A DNA stretch of 64,000 bases from NCBI RefSeq assembly GCF_035626535.1, contig NZ_DASPNO010000053.1:12994-76993 (forward strand), in the 5' to 3' direction. The DNA is from Brevundimonas sp. GTDB taxonomy: Bacteria; Pseudomonadota; Alphaproteobacteria; Caulobacterales; Caulobacteraceae. The position numbers were made by a program, and so were the translations under genes. A model generated the notes under the pieces. That model saw nothing but the letters and a program-made list of their open reading frames with translations, ran no database searches and had not been told where the DNA came from. Positions 8,421 to 17,014 of this stretch are shown here, piece after piece (the first letter of the stretch is position 1; every line of letters starts with the position of its first letter).

Positions 8421-8813
8421 CTAGCCGGAGGAGCGGTCATCCGGCCCGAGCGCGAACGCTTGGGCGATCTGCAGCAGGAGGGCGCGTCGCTCTGGCCCCA
8501 TGGCCGCGAAATGCTCCGTGAGCGCCTCGCCGCCGCGTAGCGACCGGATATCGATACGGGAGTCGGCCGCCGGATCGGGTTCGACGTCCGGAAAGAAGTC
8601 GGCCACAGGCACGCCGAGCGCCTTGCCGGCGCGGACCAACATCGAGGCCGAGATGCGGTTGGTGCCCCGCTCGTATTTCTGGACCTGCTGGAAGCTCAGG
8701 TTCATCGCCTTGCCGAGCTCGGCTTGGGACAGGCCGCAGCGCTGCCGGGCGGCTTTCAGCCGTTGGCCCACGACGAGATCGACGGGGTCGGTGGTGGCGA
8801 TGGCGCGCGGCAT
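8421..8813 (-). CDS. XRE-family HTH regulator
   Basis: DLVVGQRLKAARQRCGLSQAELGKAMNLSFQQVQKYERGTNRIS. Confidence 0.9.
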   Translation of the reverse strand: MPRAIATTDPVDLVVGQRLKAARQRCGLSQAELGKAMNLSFQQVQKYERGTNRISASMLVRAGKALGVPVADFFPDVEPDPAADSRIDIRSLRGGEALTEHFAAMGPERRALLLQIAQAFALGPDDRSSG

Positions 8814-8880
8814 ACAGGTCTCCTTGGGGCGACCTTGGCCGAAAGAGCCCCGGCGAGGCAAGAGCGGTCAGCCGCGTATC

Positions 8881-9150
8881 CTAGGCCGCCGCCGCGAGGG
8901 CCTGGGGGAGGCCGCGAACATAGGCGCGAAGGCGCTGGAGCGCGCGTCGGTCGCGCCCGTCGCCTCGTCCATCCGATCCCTGTTCGAGCAGGACCTCGAA
9001 GACGCCGTCCGCCTCGAGCGGCGTTCCCGGCTTGTGGTCGAGCAGGAAGGCCTCGGCCGAGACGAAGCGGTCCCAGACCGCTTCCAGATCCGTCGTGACG
9101 TGCCGGCGCCAGAAATCGAAGGCTGTCTCAAAAGTCCATTTGTCAGACAT
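8881..9150 (-). CDS. Hypothetical protein (89 aa)
   Basis: MSDKWTFETAFDFW... ordinary protein composition with a GGGGGAC RBS-like site upstream. Confidence 0.6.
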   Translation of the reverse strand: MSDKWTFETAFDFWRRHVTTDLEAVWDRFVSAEAFLLDHKPGTPLEADGVFEVLLEQGSDGRGDGRDRRALQRLRAYVRGLPQALAAAA

Positions 9151-9218
9151 GATGCAGTCCCCCCTCGGGACGGTGGTTGCGGCTTGGCCGCGAACATTGG
9201 AATGATGGGATCGAGCGC

Positions 9219-9647
9219 TCAGCCGCCGGCCGAACGCGGCCGGGCGTAGGTCGCCGTGCGGGCCTCCCACACGCCGAATAGCCCGATCAGCATCAACTCG
9301 ACCCAGACGACGAAGCGGAAGGTGACGTTGGCCCAGACCTGTCCGTCCGGAGTGAGCATGGCCACCGGATAGGTGGCGACGGTGAGCAACTGCACGCCCG
9401 CCGCCGCCATCAGCCACCAACGGTCGGCCGTCAGGCTCAACCAGAGCAGGGCGCCGAAGAGGCTGACCGAGACGAGGGCGACACCCCATCGCAGCCCGTC
9501 GATCTGGACGCCGTCCACCAAGGGCGTGACCAGCATCGCCGCCAGAAAGGCGAGAGCGGCGAGCCGTTCCGCGCCCCGGCCCTTCCACAGCTGGAGCCCG
9601 ATGCTGAGGATGCTCAGGCACAGGACGGAGAGCTGCGTTGAGGTCAT
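9219..9647 (-). CDS. Hypothetical multi-pass membrane protein
   Basis: Four to five hydrophobic segments from MTSTQLSVLCL. Confidence 0.75.
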   Translation of the reverse strand: MTSTQLSVLCLSILSIGLQLWKGRGAERLAALAFLAAMLVTPLVDGVQIDGLRWGVALVSVSLFGALLWLSLTADRWWLMAAAGVQLLTVATYPVAMLTPDGQVWANVTFRFVVWVELMLIGLFGVWEARTATYARPRSAGG

Positions 9648-9666
9648 GCCGGCTCCCAGACCCGCC

Positions 9667-9996
9667 TCAGGCGGCCGCCGGGACCGCCTCGACGACGGCG
9701 ATCGGCTTGTCCTCGAGCGGCCCGTCCAGTCTCCAGCCGATCGCGTGAGCCTCGGCCACGGCGGCGAGCCCGTTGTGGCCGTCCACCACGGCGCCCCTGG
9801 CCTCGGCGAGTTGGGACAGCCCGCGCACCATGTCGAGGAGGGCGGGGTGCCCGACCGCCGCCGCGAACCCCGCATCGGCCCGGCTCTCGATCATGGCCTG
9901 GATCAGGGCGCTGGTCTCGACCATGGCCTTGTCGACGGCGTGTTCCGCAGTCTGGAGGCGGCGGGCGATCCGGACGCCGACATGTCTGTTCTTCAT
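9667..9996 (-). CDS. Hypothetical helical protein (109 aa)
   Basis: MKNRHVGVRIARRLQTAEHAVDKAM...; AGGAAC RBS-like site; sits in an operon-like triad. Confidence 0.7.
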   Translation of the reverse strand: MKNRHVGVRIARRLQTAEHAVDKAMVETSALIQAMIESRADAGFAAAVGHPALLDMVRGLSQLAEARGAVVDGHNGLAAVAEAHAIGWRLDGPLEDKPIAVVEAVPAAA

Positions 9997-10019
9997 AATC
10001 TGGTTCCTAACGCTGGTGA

Positions 10020-10481
10020 TCAGTCCTGCGTCAGGTTGGCGGCGGGCGGCGCGTGCGACGCCAGGGCCCCGACGGCTCCGGACACCACACTCACAATCCC
10101 GACCGTGATCAAGGCGGCGACGGCGGCGAAGACGAGAACCAGACCGAGCCGGAAACCGCGCCGCGGCGGCGGCGGTAGAAACCAGGCGGCGGTCGGGGTC
10201 TCGATCAGTCCCCGCGCGTCATCCGCCGGATCGCCCGGCGCAGGCCGATCCAGCGCCGGGGTCGGCGCGACGGCCATAGCGTCCAGTCCGTATAGCGGTT
10301 CGCATGCTAGTCGGCGCAACGCCGCCTTCCGGGATGAAACCTCAAGCCGGCGGAGGGCTTCGCGAATATGAAGACTGACCGTGTGGTGTGAGATGCCGAG
10401 GTGCCGACCGATATCCTTGTCGGTCATCGTCGCCGACAGCCGCAAGCACTCCAGCTGACGCTGTGTAAGTCGTCCCGTCAT
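10020..10481 (-). CDS. LuxR-type HTH protein with C-terminal TM segment
   Basis: LTQRQLECL...TDKDIGRHLGISHHTVSLHIREALRRLEVSSR; C-terminal LGLVLVFAAVAALITVGIVSVV. Confidence 0.85.
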   Translation of the reverse strand: MTGRLTQRQLECLRLSATMTDKDIGRHLGISHHTVSLHIREALRRLEVSSRKAALRRLACEPLYGLDAMAVAPTPALDRPAPGDPADDARGLIETPTAAWFLPPPPRRGFRLGLVLVFAAVAALITVGIVSVVSGAVGALASHAPPAANLTQD

Positions 10482-10847
10482 CGCCCCTCCGCGTCGCAGC
10501 CTATGTTGGTTAAGACGCGGGCGCCAGACGGGATTCTCGAATCGGGCCCCGCCCCGACGAGCCGGGCTCGGGGTGCAGAGGCCGAGCGTGTTGGGTCGCG
10601 CTCGCAGCGGCCCACCCGTCGGAGAACGGTGGTTGCCAAATATAATACTTTAGGTAACGTGCGGCAGCTTGAACGAGCGTGGATAGGCGGCCGGCGACGT
10701 GCAGGGTCTGCGCCTCGGCGTGCGATCTCCCTGCCGCTCCGGCCTGGATTGGCGGATCAATGCGGCGGACACCGCGCGGCAAGCGAGGCGACCGCTGCAG
10801 AGCGGAGCCGGCGGCGGGGCCTCGCGGCGATGCTCTGGGAGGGGGCG

Positions 10848-11222
10848 ATGAAACTGCTGATACGGCGTGACCAGCGCGCGGGCCTGCTGGGCAAGGTGCT
10901 CTTCACCCTCGAGGTGCGGGCGGACCTGTCCGCCGACGAGAGGGAGCGCATCCGCAAATATAAGCTCCAGGACACGGAGCTTTACGCCAGCCACGAGATC
11001 ACCGGCGGCAGCGGCCTGCTGGGGGTGGCCTCGCGACTGGCCTGGAAGGCGGTGACCCTGACCCTGACGGTGAAGGATCTCGAGGGCGGCAAGCGCATCG
11101 AGGTCAAGGACGTGGTCGAGCTGCTGGCCATCGAGGAGCAGATCCGCGAGGCGGCGCGGACCTTCAAGGCCGTGCTCGACGCCGCCTCCCATTTCGGTGG
11201 CGAAGAAGTCCTCGAACTGTAG
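10848..11222 (+). CDS. Hypothetical protein (124 aa), upstream partner of the ATPase
   Basis: GGAGGGGG RBS, MKLLIRRDQ...; stop is 3 nt before the next start. Confidence 0.75.
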   Translation: MKLLIRRDQRAGLLGKVLFTLEVRADLSADERERIRKYKLQDTELYASHEITGGSGLLGVASRLAWKAVTLTLTVKDLEGGKRIEVKDVVELLAIEEQIREAARTFKAVLDAASHFGGEEVLEL

Positions 11223-11225
11223 CGC

Positions 11226-13907
11226 GTGTTCGGCCGAAGCGACCTTACCAACTGGCTCGCCGGCGGCACCCGCGGGCGGGAGCTGCAGGAGACGCGCGAG
11301 CGCTGGGCCGAGGTAGAGGCCCTGTGGCGCGCCTCGCCCCTGGCCGAGACGCCGGTCGACGATCTGGCCATCGAGGTGGTCAAGGACGTGATTCGGACCT
11401 GCGACCGCATCCCCGCGTTGCCGGTGCTGATCGCCGCCACCGATGCGGCCGAGGGGGTGCTGCGCGGCGAGGATCTGATCGCGTTGGAAGCCGACTGGCC
11501 GGTGATCGAAGGCGACGCGGCGGTCGCCGTCGAGGTCCGCAAGCTGCTCGTGCGCCGGCGCCGCTGGGCGGGGGACTTTGAACGCATGTTCGGCCTCGTC
11601 CGGGGCCGACTCCGGGAGGGCTTGCGCCGCCTGTTCCAGACGCTGCCGGAGGGGTGCTTCGCCCCTTGGGACACGGAGGGCGGCGATGCGCTCGGCGTGC
11701 CCCTGATCGAACTGCTCGACGATCCGGCGGAGGCCGTCGAGCGCTTTGTCATGCTGCCCTATGACGACGAGCCGCTGCGGCTGGAACTGTTCGAGCGCCT
11801 GCGGGTGCGGCTGATCACCAACATGCTCGTCGCCTCGGGCTTCTCGCCGGAGGCCGATCCGCAGGCCGTCTCCGACCGGCTGATCGTCCCGACGCGGCAG
11901 AAGGGCAAGACCCCGTCCGAACTGGTCGAACTGTACCTGGCGGGCACGCCCTTCGCCGACCTGCTCGACCTGCCGGTGCCGTTCCGGGTGCCCGACGCGA
12001 TGCGCTTCGAGCATTGCCACATCATCGGCGGCACCGGCCACGGCAAGACCCAGCTGCTGCAGCGGCTGATCCACGACGATCTGGTCAAGGCGGTCGAGGA
12101 CGGCCGCTCCGTGGTGGTGATCGACAGCCAGGGCGACCTGATCCAGAAGCTGCTGCGGCTGGAGCTGTTCTCGCCGGAGTCGGAAGGGAGCCTCGCCGAC
12201 CGGCTGGTGCTGGTTGATCCGTCGGACATCGAGTTCCCGGCCGCGCTCAACCTGTTCGACGCCCATCTGGATCGGACCGAGGGCTATTCGGCCGTCGACC
12301 GGGAGCGGGTGCTGAACGGCGTCGTCGAGCTCTACGAGACCTTCTTCGGGGCCATGCTCGGGGCCGAGCTGACCCAGAAGCAGGGGGTGATCTTCCGCTA
12401 TCTGGCGCGGCTGATGATCACCATTCCGGGCGCCACCCTCCACACCCTGATGCAGGTCATGGAGGACGGCGCGCCGTTCAAGCCGCACATGGGCCGGCTG
12501 CAGGGCTCGGCGCGGCATTTCTTCGCCACCGAGTTCTTCGCCCCGTCCTTCGCCGCCACCAAGAAGCAGATCCTGCGCCGGCTGTGGGGCGTGCTGTCGA
12601 CCCCGGCCTTCGAGCGCATGTTCTTGCAGCGCGAGAACAAGCTCGACCTCTACGCGGCCATGAACGAAGGCAAGATCATCCTCGTCTCCACCGCCAAGGA
12701 CCTGCTCAAGTCGGACGGCAGCGCCCTGCTGGGGCGGTTCTTCATCGCCATGATCGCCCAGGCGGCGCTGGAGCGGTCGGTCATTGCGGCGGAGAAGCGG
12801 ACGCCGACCTTCGTCTACATCGACGAGGCGCAGGAGTATTTCGGGGACGATGTCGAGACCATCCTCAATCAGGCCCGCAAGTATCGCGTCGGCCTGACCC
12901 TGGCGCACCAGACCCTGGATCAGCTGTCGCCGCGGCTGCGCGCGGCGCTGCACGCCAACACCTCGTTGAAGTTCGCCGGCGGGGTGTCGGCCCGCGACGC
13001 CCGCGCCTTCGCCGACGAACTGCACACCACGGCCGACTTCATCGAAGGCATGCGCCGGCGGCGCGACCGCACCGAGTTCGCCGCGTGGCTGAAGAACATG
13101 ACGCCTGGAGCGGTGCGCCTCACCACCCCGCTCGGCTATCTGGAGCGGCAACCGACCTCGAGCGCGGAGGCCTTCGAGCGTCTGCTGGACGCCAACCGGA
13201 CGCGCTACTGCGGCGCGCCGATGGAGGCGGAGCTGCCGGCGTTTCCCACGGCCTCCGCCGAAGCGCCGCCGGCGCCCGCCGCGGCCCGACCTCCCGACGT
13301 CGGCGCACCGCACCCGCCCCTGCCGGACGCGGAGGACGTCGTCCTCTTACCGGGCCCGCCAGGTCCGCCGCCGGTCCGTCCCACCCGACCGGCCGTCGAG
13401 CCCGGCAAGGGCGGTCCGCAGCACCGCTATCTGCAGGCGCTGATCCGCGAGCTCGGCCAGCAGCAGGGCTTCCGCGCCACCGTCGAGGCTTCCGTCGGCG
13501 GCGGTCAGGCGGACGTGTTGCTCGAGCGGGACGGCCTGCGCGTCGCCTTCGAGGTGTCGGTCACCACGCCGGGCGCCCACGAGGCCGCCAATCTCCGCAA
13601 ATGCCTGTCGGGCGGCGTCGATCAGGCGGCGCTGGTGGTGGTCAAGTCGCGCGCGACCGGCGTGCGCTTCCGCGACGCCGTGCTGGCGGGCCTGGACGAG
13701 CCCGATCGGAACCGGGTGGCGCTTCTCACGCCGGAGGGCCTGCCGGACTACATCCAGGCTCTGGCGCCCCCGCCGGAGCCGAGCGAAACCGTGGTGAAAG
13801 GCTACCGGGTGAAGGTCAGCCGCGTTTCGGCCCCGGCGGACGAAACCCGGACGCGGCACGACGCGGTGGCCCGGATCGTAGCCCGTTCGCTATCGCGCGA
13901 AACGTGA
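11226..13907 (+). CDS. TraD/VirD4/HerA-like P-loop ATPase with C-terminal PD-(D/E)xK-like domain
   Basis: HCHIIGGTGHGKT, VVIDSQGD, VYIDEAQEY, QARKYRVGLTLAHQ; Pro-rich linker; C-terminal ADVLLERDGLRVAFEVS. Confidence 0.8.
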   Translation: MFGRSDLTNWLAGGTRGRELQETRERWAEVEALWRASPLAETPVDDLAIEVVKDVIRTCDRIPALPVLIAATDAAEGVLRGEDLIALEADWPVIEGDAAVAVEVRKLLVRRRRWAGDFERMFGLVRGRLREGLRRLFQTLPEGCFAPWDTEGGDALGVPLIELLDDPAEAVERFVMLPYDDEPLRLELFERLRVRLITNMLVASGFSPEADPQAVSDRLIVPTRQKGKTPSELVELYLAGTPFADLLDLPVPFRVPDAMRFEHCHIIGGTGHGKTQLLQRLIHDDLVKAVEDGRSVVVIDSQGDLIQKLLRLELFSPESEGSLADRLVLVDPSDIEFPAALNLFDAHLDRTEGYSAVDRERVLNGVVELYETFFGAMLGAELTQKQGVIFRYLARLMITIPGATLHTLMQVMEDGAPFKPHMGRLQGSARHFFATEFFAPSFAATKKQILRRLWGVLSTPAFERMFLQRENKLDLYAAMNEGKIILVSTAKDLLKSDGSALLGRFFIAMIAQAALERSVIAAEKRTPTFVYIDEAQEYFGDDVETILNQARKYRVGLTLAHQTLDQLSPRLRAALHANTSLKFAGGVSARDARAFADELHTTADFIEGMRRRRDRTEFAAWLKNMTPGAVRLTTPLGYLERQPTSSAEAFERLLDANRTRYCGAPMEAELPAFPTASAEAPPAPAAARPPDVGAPHPPLPDAEDVVLLPGPPGPPPVRPTRPAVEPGKGGPQHRYLQALIRELGQQQGFRATVEASVGGGQADVLLERDGLRVAFEVSVTTPGAHEAANLRKCLSGGVDQAALVVVKSRATGVRFRDAVLAGLDEPDRNRVALLTPEGLPDYIQALAPPPEPSETVVKGYRVKVSRVSAPADETRTRHDAVARIVARSLSRET

Positions 13908-13938
13908 GCGACGGCAGCGCGATCGGACCGGTCGCCGG

Positions 13939-14682
13939 TCAGATCCGCATCAGCCAGACCAGCCAGACGCCGAGACCGAGAAGCGGGGCGAAGGCGATCC
14001 GGGCGTCCGCCGCCGGGCGGCCGCCGACCGCCCGCCGCGCCACGACGAGGCCGACGCCCGCCGCGGACGCGATCAGGAGGACGGGCGGCAGGCCCTGCCA
14101 GCCGACCCACGCGCCCCCGGCCGCGAACAGGAAGGGATCGCCCCCGCCGAGCCCGTCCCGGCCGCGCAGCCGGCGGTAGGCGAAACCGAAGAGCCACAGC
14201 GCCGCGAAGCCGAGCCCGGCGCCCAGGACGGCGTCGCGGAGCCCGGCGCGCTCGAGCCAGCCCACGGCGAACAGACCGGACGCCAGCAGCGGCAGGGTGA
14301 GCCGGTCCGGCAGCCAGAGATGCTGGAGGTCCACCGTGGCGATCAACAGCAGCTGCCAGCCGAGCAGCGCCGTGAACACCGCGCCGGCCGGGTCCGGGCC
14401 GGCGAGCGCGGCCCAGACTCCCACGCCGGCGGCCGCCAGTTCGAGGAGCGGATAGCGGACGGGAATCGCGCTTCCGCAGGTCCGGCATCGCCCGCGGCTG
14501 GCGGCGTAGCTGGCGACCGGGACGAGATCCGGCCAGGCCAGAGTCCGTCCGCACCCACCGCAGCGGGATCGGCCAGTCACGACATCCTCGCCGGCGGGCA
14601 GGCGCAGGCTGACCAGTCCGAGAAAACTGCCGACGATCAGACCCGCCACGCCCAGCGCCACGGCGAGAAGCGGCGGCGTCAT
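13939..14682 (-). CDS. gspO: Prepilin peptidase (A24)
   Basis: GSFLG, RSRCGGC...RCRTC, YPLLE, VDLQHLWLPD, GLGGGD. Confidence 0.9.
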   Translation of the reverse strand: MTPPLLAVALGVAGLIVGSFLGLVSLRLPAGEDVVTGRSRCGGCGRTLAWPDLVPVASYAASRGRCRTCGSAIPVRYPLLELAAAGVGVWAALAGPDPAGAVFTALLGWQLLLIATVDLQHLWLPDRLTLPLLASGLFAVGWLERAGLRDAVLGAGLGFAALWLFGFAYRRLRGRDGLGGGDPFLFAAGGAWVGWQGLPPVLLIASAAGVGLVVARRAVGGRPAADARIAFAPLLGLGVWLVWLMRI

Positions 14683-15146
14683 CCGCCGGCGGCTGGATCG
14701 GTGGCCGGATCCGGAGCCGCGTCCGAGGTCGGCTCGGTCGCGGCGAACAGCTCGAGGCTCCGATCTCCGGCCGGTCCGCGGACGGTGGCGCTGCGTCCGG
14801 TCACGGCGACCAGTCGCCATCCATCCAGGGTTTGCCCGATGGACACGCCCTCGACTTCGCCGGAGTCGGCGCTGCGCAAATAGGCGCGCCGGCCGGCGAG
14901 ACCGACCAGGACCGGGACGGCGGTCGGGGCGACTACGGTCGGTTCCGCTCCGGCCGCGTGAAGCCGAAGGGGAAAGCCCGCGACGGGACCGCTCCGGCGC
15001 GCCTGGTGATCCGCTCCGAAATAGCGGTCCACGCCCGGCGCTGCCGGGGGGCGGGCCGCGGCGGCCGGCCAGATCAGGATGACGAGCGTCGCCAAGGCGC
15101 ACGCGCCGAGAACCGCGGAGGCCCAAAGCCGCCCGAGCTGCGTCAT
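14679..15146 (-). CDS. T2SS accessory protein, GspN/GspC-like
   Basis: N-terminal TM; LVGLAGRRAYLR...GQTLDGWRLVAV; position in the gsp operon. Confidence 0.5.
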   Translation of the reverse strand: MTQLGRLWASAVLGACALATLVILIWPAAAARPPAAPGVDRYFGADHQARRSGPVAGFPLRLHAAGAEPTVVAPTAVPVLVGLAGRRAYLRSADSGEVEGVSIGQTLDGWRLVAVTGRSATVRGPAGDRSLELFAATEPTSDAAPDPATDPAAGG

Positions 15147-15628
15147 GCGATCACCATCAGCAGCACGAGCGCCACGGTCCCTTCCCGGGTCGGTCCGAGA
15201 CCGAGCGTCAGGGATTTGAGCCGGACGGCTTCGCGATTGACGGCGATCCAGTTGGCGACCGCGGCCGAGGCGGCGGCGTCGCCTAGCGCCTGGACGCGCA
15301 CCTCCGCGAGGTGCAGGCCGCCGCCCAAGGGGCGCAGGTTCGAAGCGTCCACCGCAAGAACCGTCAATCCCAGTTCGGCGAGCCGCCCGTTGAGGTGCTC
15401 GCCGATGGCGATCTCGGCGGTCGCGCCGTTGCGCCGCAGCAGGGGCCGTCCTGGCGTCCACGGCGCGGCCTTGTCGGCCGTGATCGGAGCGCCGCCCGGC
15501 CGGTCGCCGGCCGTCGTCACGGCGCGAAGATCGCGTCCCGCGGCAAGGGCGGAGGTCAGGGCGACAAGGGTGAGTCCGACGGCCGCCAGCGCCGCGCCCC
15601 GGTTGAGCCAGAGGGTGCGCCGCGTCAT
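15143..15628 (-). CDS. GspM-like T2SS protein
   Basis: N-terminal TM plus small alpha/beta C-terminal domain; follows the L-like gene with 4-nt overlap. Confidence 0.5.
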   Translation of the reverse strand: MTRRTLWLNRGAALAAVGLTLVALTSALAAGRDLRAVTTAGDRPGGAPITADKAAPWTPGRPLLRRNGATAEIAIGEHLNGRLAELGLTVLAVDASNLRPLGGGLHLAEVRVQALGDAAASAAVANWIAVNREAVRLKSLTLGLGPTREGTVALVLLMVIA

Positions 15629-16401
15629 CCGCAGACCTCGCTTGGGAAGGTCACGGCCAGAGTCTGGGCTCCGGCGGCCGGGGGCAACTCCAGGGCTGCG
15701 ACCAGGGATGCGGCGTCCGTTCCCGGGGCGAGCGTCAAGCTCACGCGCTGCCCGTCGGCGGCGGCGCCGGTCACCGCCACGCCGTCCGGGCGGACGGCCG
15801 CGATCCGGGTCGCCGCACACAGATAGCGGGTCGCGGCGTCGGTTCGCCCGAGAGCGGCCCAATCGGCTCGCGCCGCGGCCTGCTGGGCGACGAGGCGGGC
15901 CGCGCGGGCGGCGAGACGTTGTTCGGCGGCGATCTCGGGCAGGCGGCGTTCACGCCATTGCTCGGCCCGCAACTGCCCGGCCAGGGCGACCGCGGCGAGG
16001 CCGAGACAGACCATCGCCGCCCTGGGCGCATGCCGCAGCCACCGCGCCTCGCGATCGTCGACGGCGCCCGCGTTGCGGAAGCGGAAGACGACGTCCTGCC
16101 CGCCGACGGTCTTGGCGACCGCGACGATCCGCTGGGCGCCGAAGGCCGGATCGGCCAGGGCCGAGCGCCGCAGGACGCCGAGCGCATAGACGGTTTCGCC
16201 GGCCTCGTGGCCGAGCGGCGCCAGTTCGAAGACGGTGTCGGCGACGGGCAGGGGGGAGAGGCGGTCCAGCTGCAGGCGCGTGATGGCGCGCGCCTGCCGG
16301 AGCGACCGGGTCGGCAGCCGCAGCACGCGCGTCATCACCTCCAGCTCGGGTCGCGGCGCGGAGGCCGGCTTCAGGTCGAGGGAGAGGTCGTCGAGCGGCA
16401 T
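15625..16401 (-). CDS. GspL-like T2SS protein (short)
   Basis: LRLPTRSLRQARAITRLQLDRLSPLP (PilM/GspL-like), central TM, coiled coil. Confidence 0.6.
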   Translation of the reverse strand: MPLDDLSLDLKPASAPRPELEVMTRVLRLPTRSLRQARAITRLQLDRLSPLPVADTVFELAPLGHEAGETVYALGVLRRSALADPAFGAQRIVAVAKTVGGQDVVFRFRNAGAVDDREARWLRHAPRAAMVCLGLAAVALAGQLRAEQWRERRLPEIAAEQRLAARAARLVAQQAAARADWAALGRTDAATRYLCAATRIAAVRPDGVAVTGAAADGQRVSLTLAPGTDAASLVAALELPPAAGAQTLAVTFPSEVCG

Positions 16402-16775
16402 GATTGACTGACGGTATCGTATTCGCAGCGTTCGGGAAGGTCGCACCGGTAGCGGATGCGGTCTTTGGCCGACGCAGCGATCTCGGCGGCGTCGGGTCGG
16501 CACCCCGGCGCGGGCCGATCGGCGAGCCCCGCCTGGGACAGGGCGAGCTGCTGGCTGGCGCGGGCGAGCGCGGAATAGCCGGCGCCGACGCCGACCAGCA
16601 GAATCGAGGCGACCGTCATGGCGATCATCAGTTCGAGGACGCTGTAGCCGGCGCGGGCGGCACGACCGCTTCGACGACCAGGTCCGGGCCGAAGCGCCGG
16701 TCGACCACGATGCGCACCCGCCGCGCCGCGGACGGGACGTCGTCGGTGCCGGCGCCGGTGCTGGTGTAGGTCCAT
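16371..16775 (-). CDS. Minor pseudopilin, GspJ-like (start uncertain)
   Basis: Class III signal RAG|YSVLELMIAMTVASILLVGV. Confidence 0.7.
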   Translation of the reverse strand: MDLHQHRRRHRRRPVRGAAGAHRGRPALRPGPGRRSGRAARAGYSVLELMIAMTVASILLVGVGAGYSALARASQQLALSQAGLADRPAPGCRPDAAEIAASAKDRIRYRCDLPERCEYDTVSQSCRSTTSPST

Positions 16776-17014
16776 GAACGCCCCTCCGTCTCGCCGACCT
16801 GTTGTCCGCCGGCGCGCTCGCCCGCGTAAAGATCCTCGTAGAGATCGTCGGCGATCCTCGTCGCCGTCAAGCGATCTCGCGCCTGGGCCATGCGCGAGAC
16901 CGCGTTGGAGGCCAGCGCCACGGCGGCGGCGACCGCCAGAACGGTGATCGTGAGCGCCACCATGGCGTCGATGGTCAGATAGCCGCCGCGGGCGCTGCTT
17001 GCGTCAGGAGGCAA
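16628..17014 (-). CDS. Minor pseudopilin, GspI-like
   Basis: ARGG|YLTIDAMVALTITVLAVAAAV; GRSWTYT; size 128 aa. Confidence 0.7.
   Translation of the reverse strand: MPPDASSARGGYLTIDAMVALTITVLAVAAAVALASNAVSRMAQARDRLTATRIADDLYEDLYAGERAGGQQVGETEGRSWTYTSTGAGTDDVPSAARRVRIVVDRRFGPDLVVEAVVPPAPATASSN

Noticed and set aside
10650-13313. 887-aa minus-strand ORF
   Set aside because: Antisense shadow of the ATPase gene; no domain signature.
11226-13907. Calling the island a complete ICE
   Set aside because: No VirB/Trb mating-pair genes or canonical relaxase in the window.
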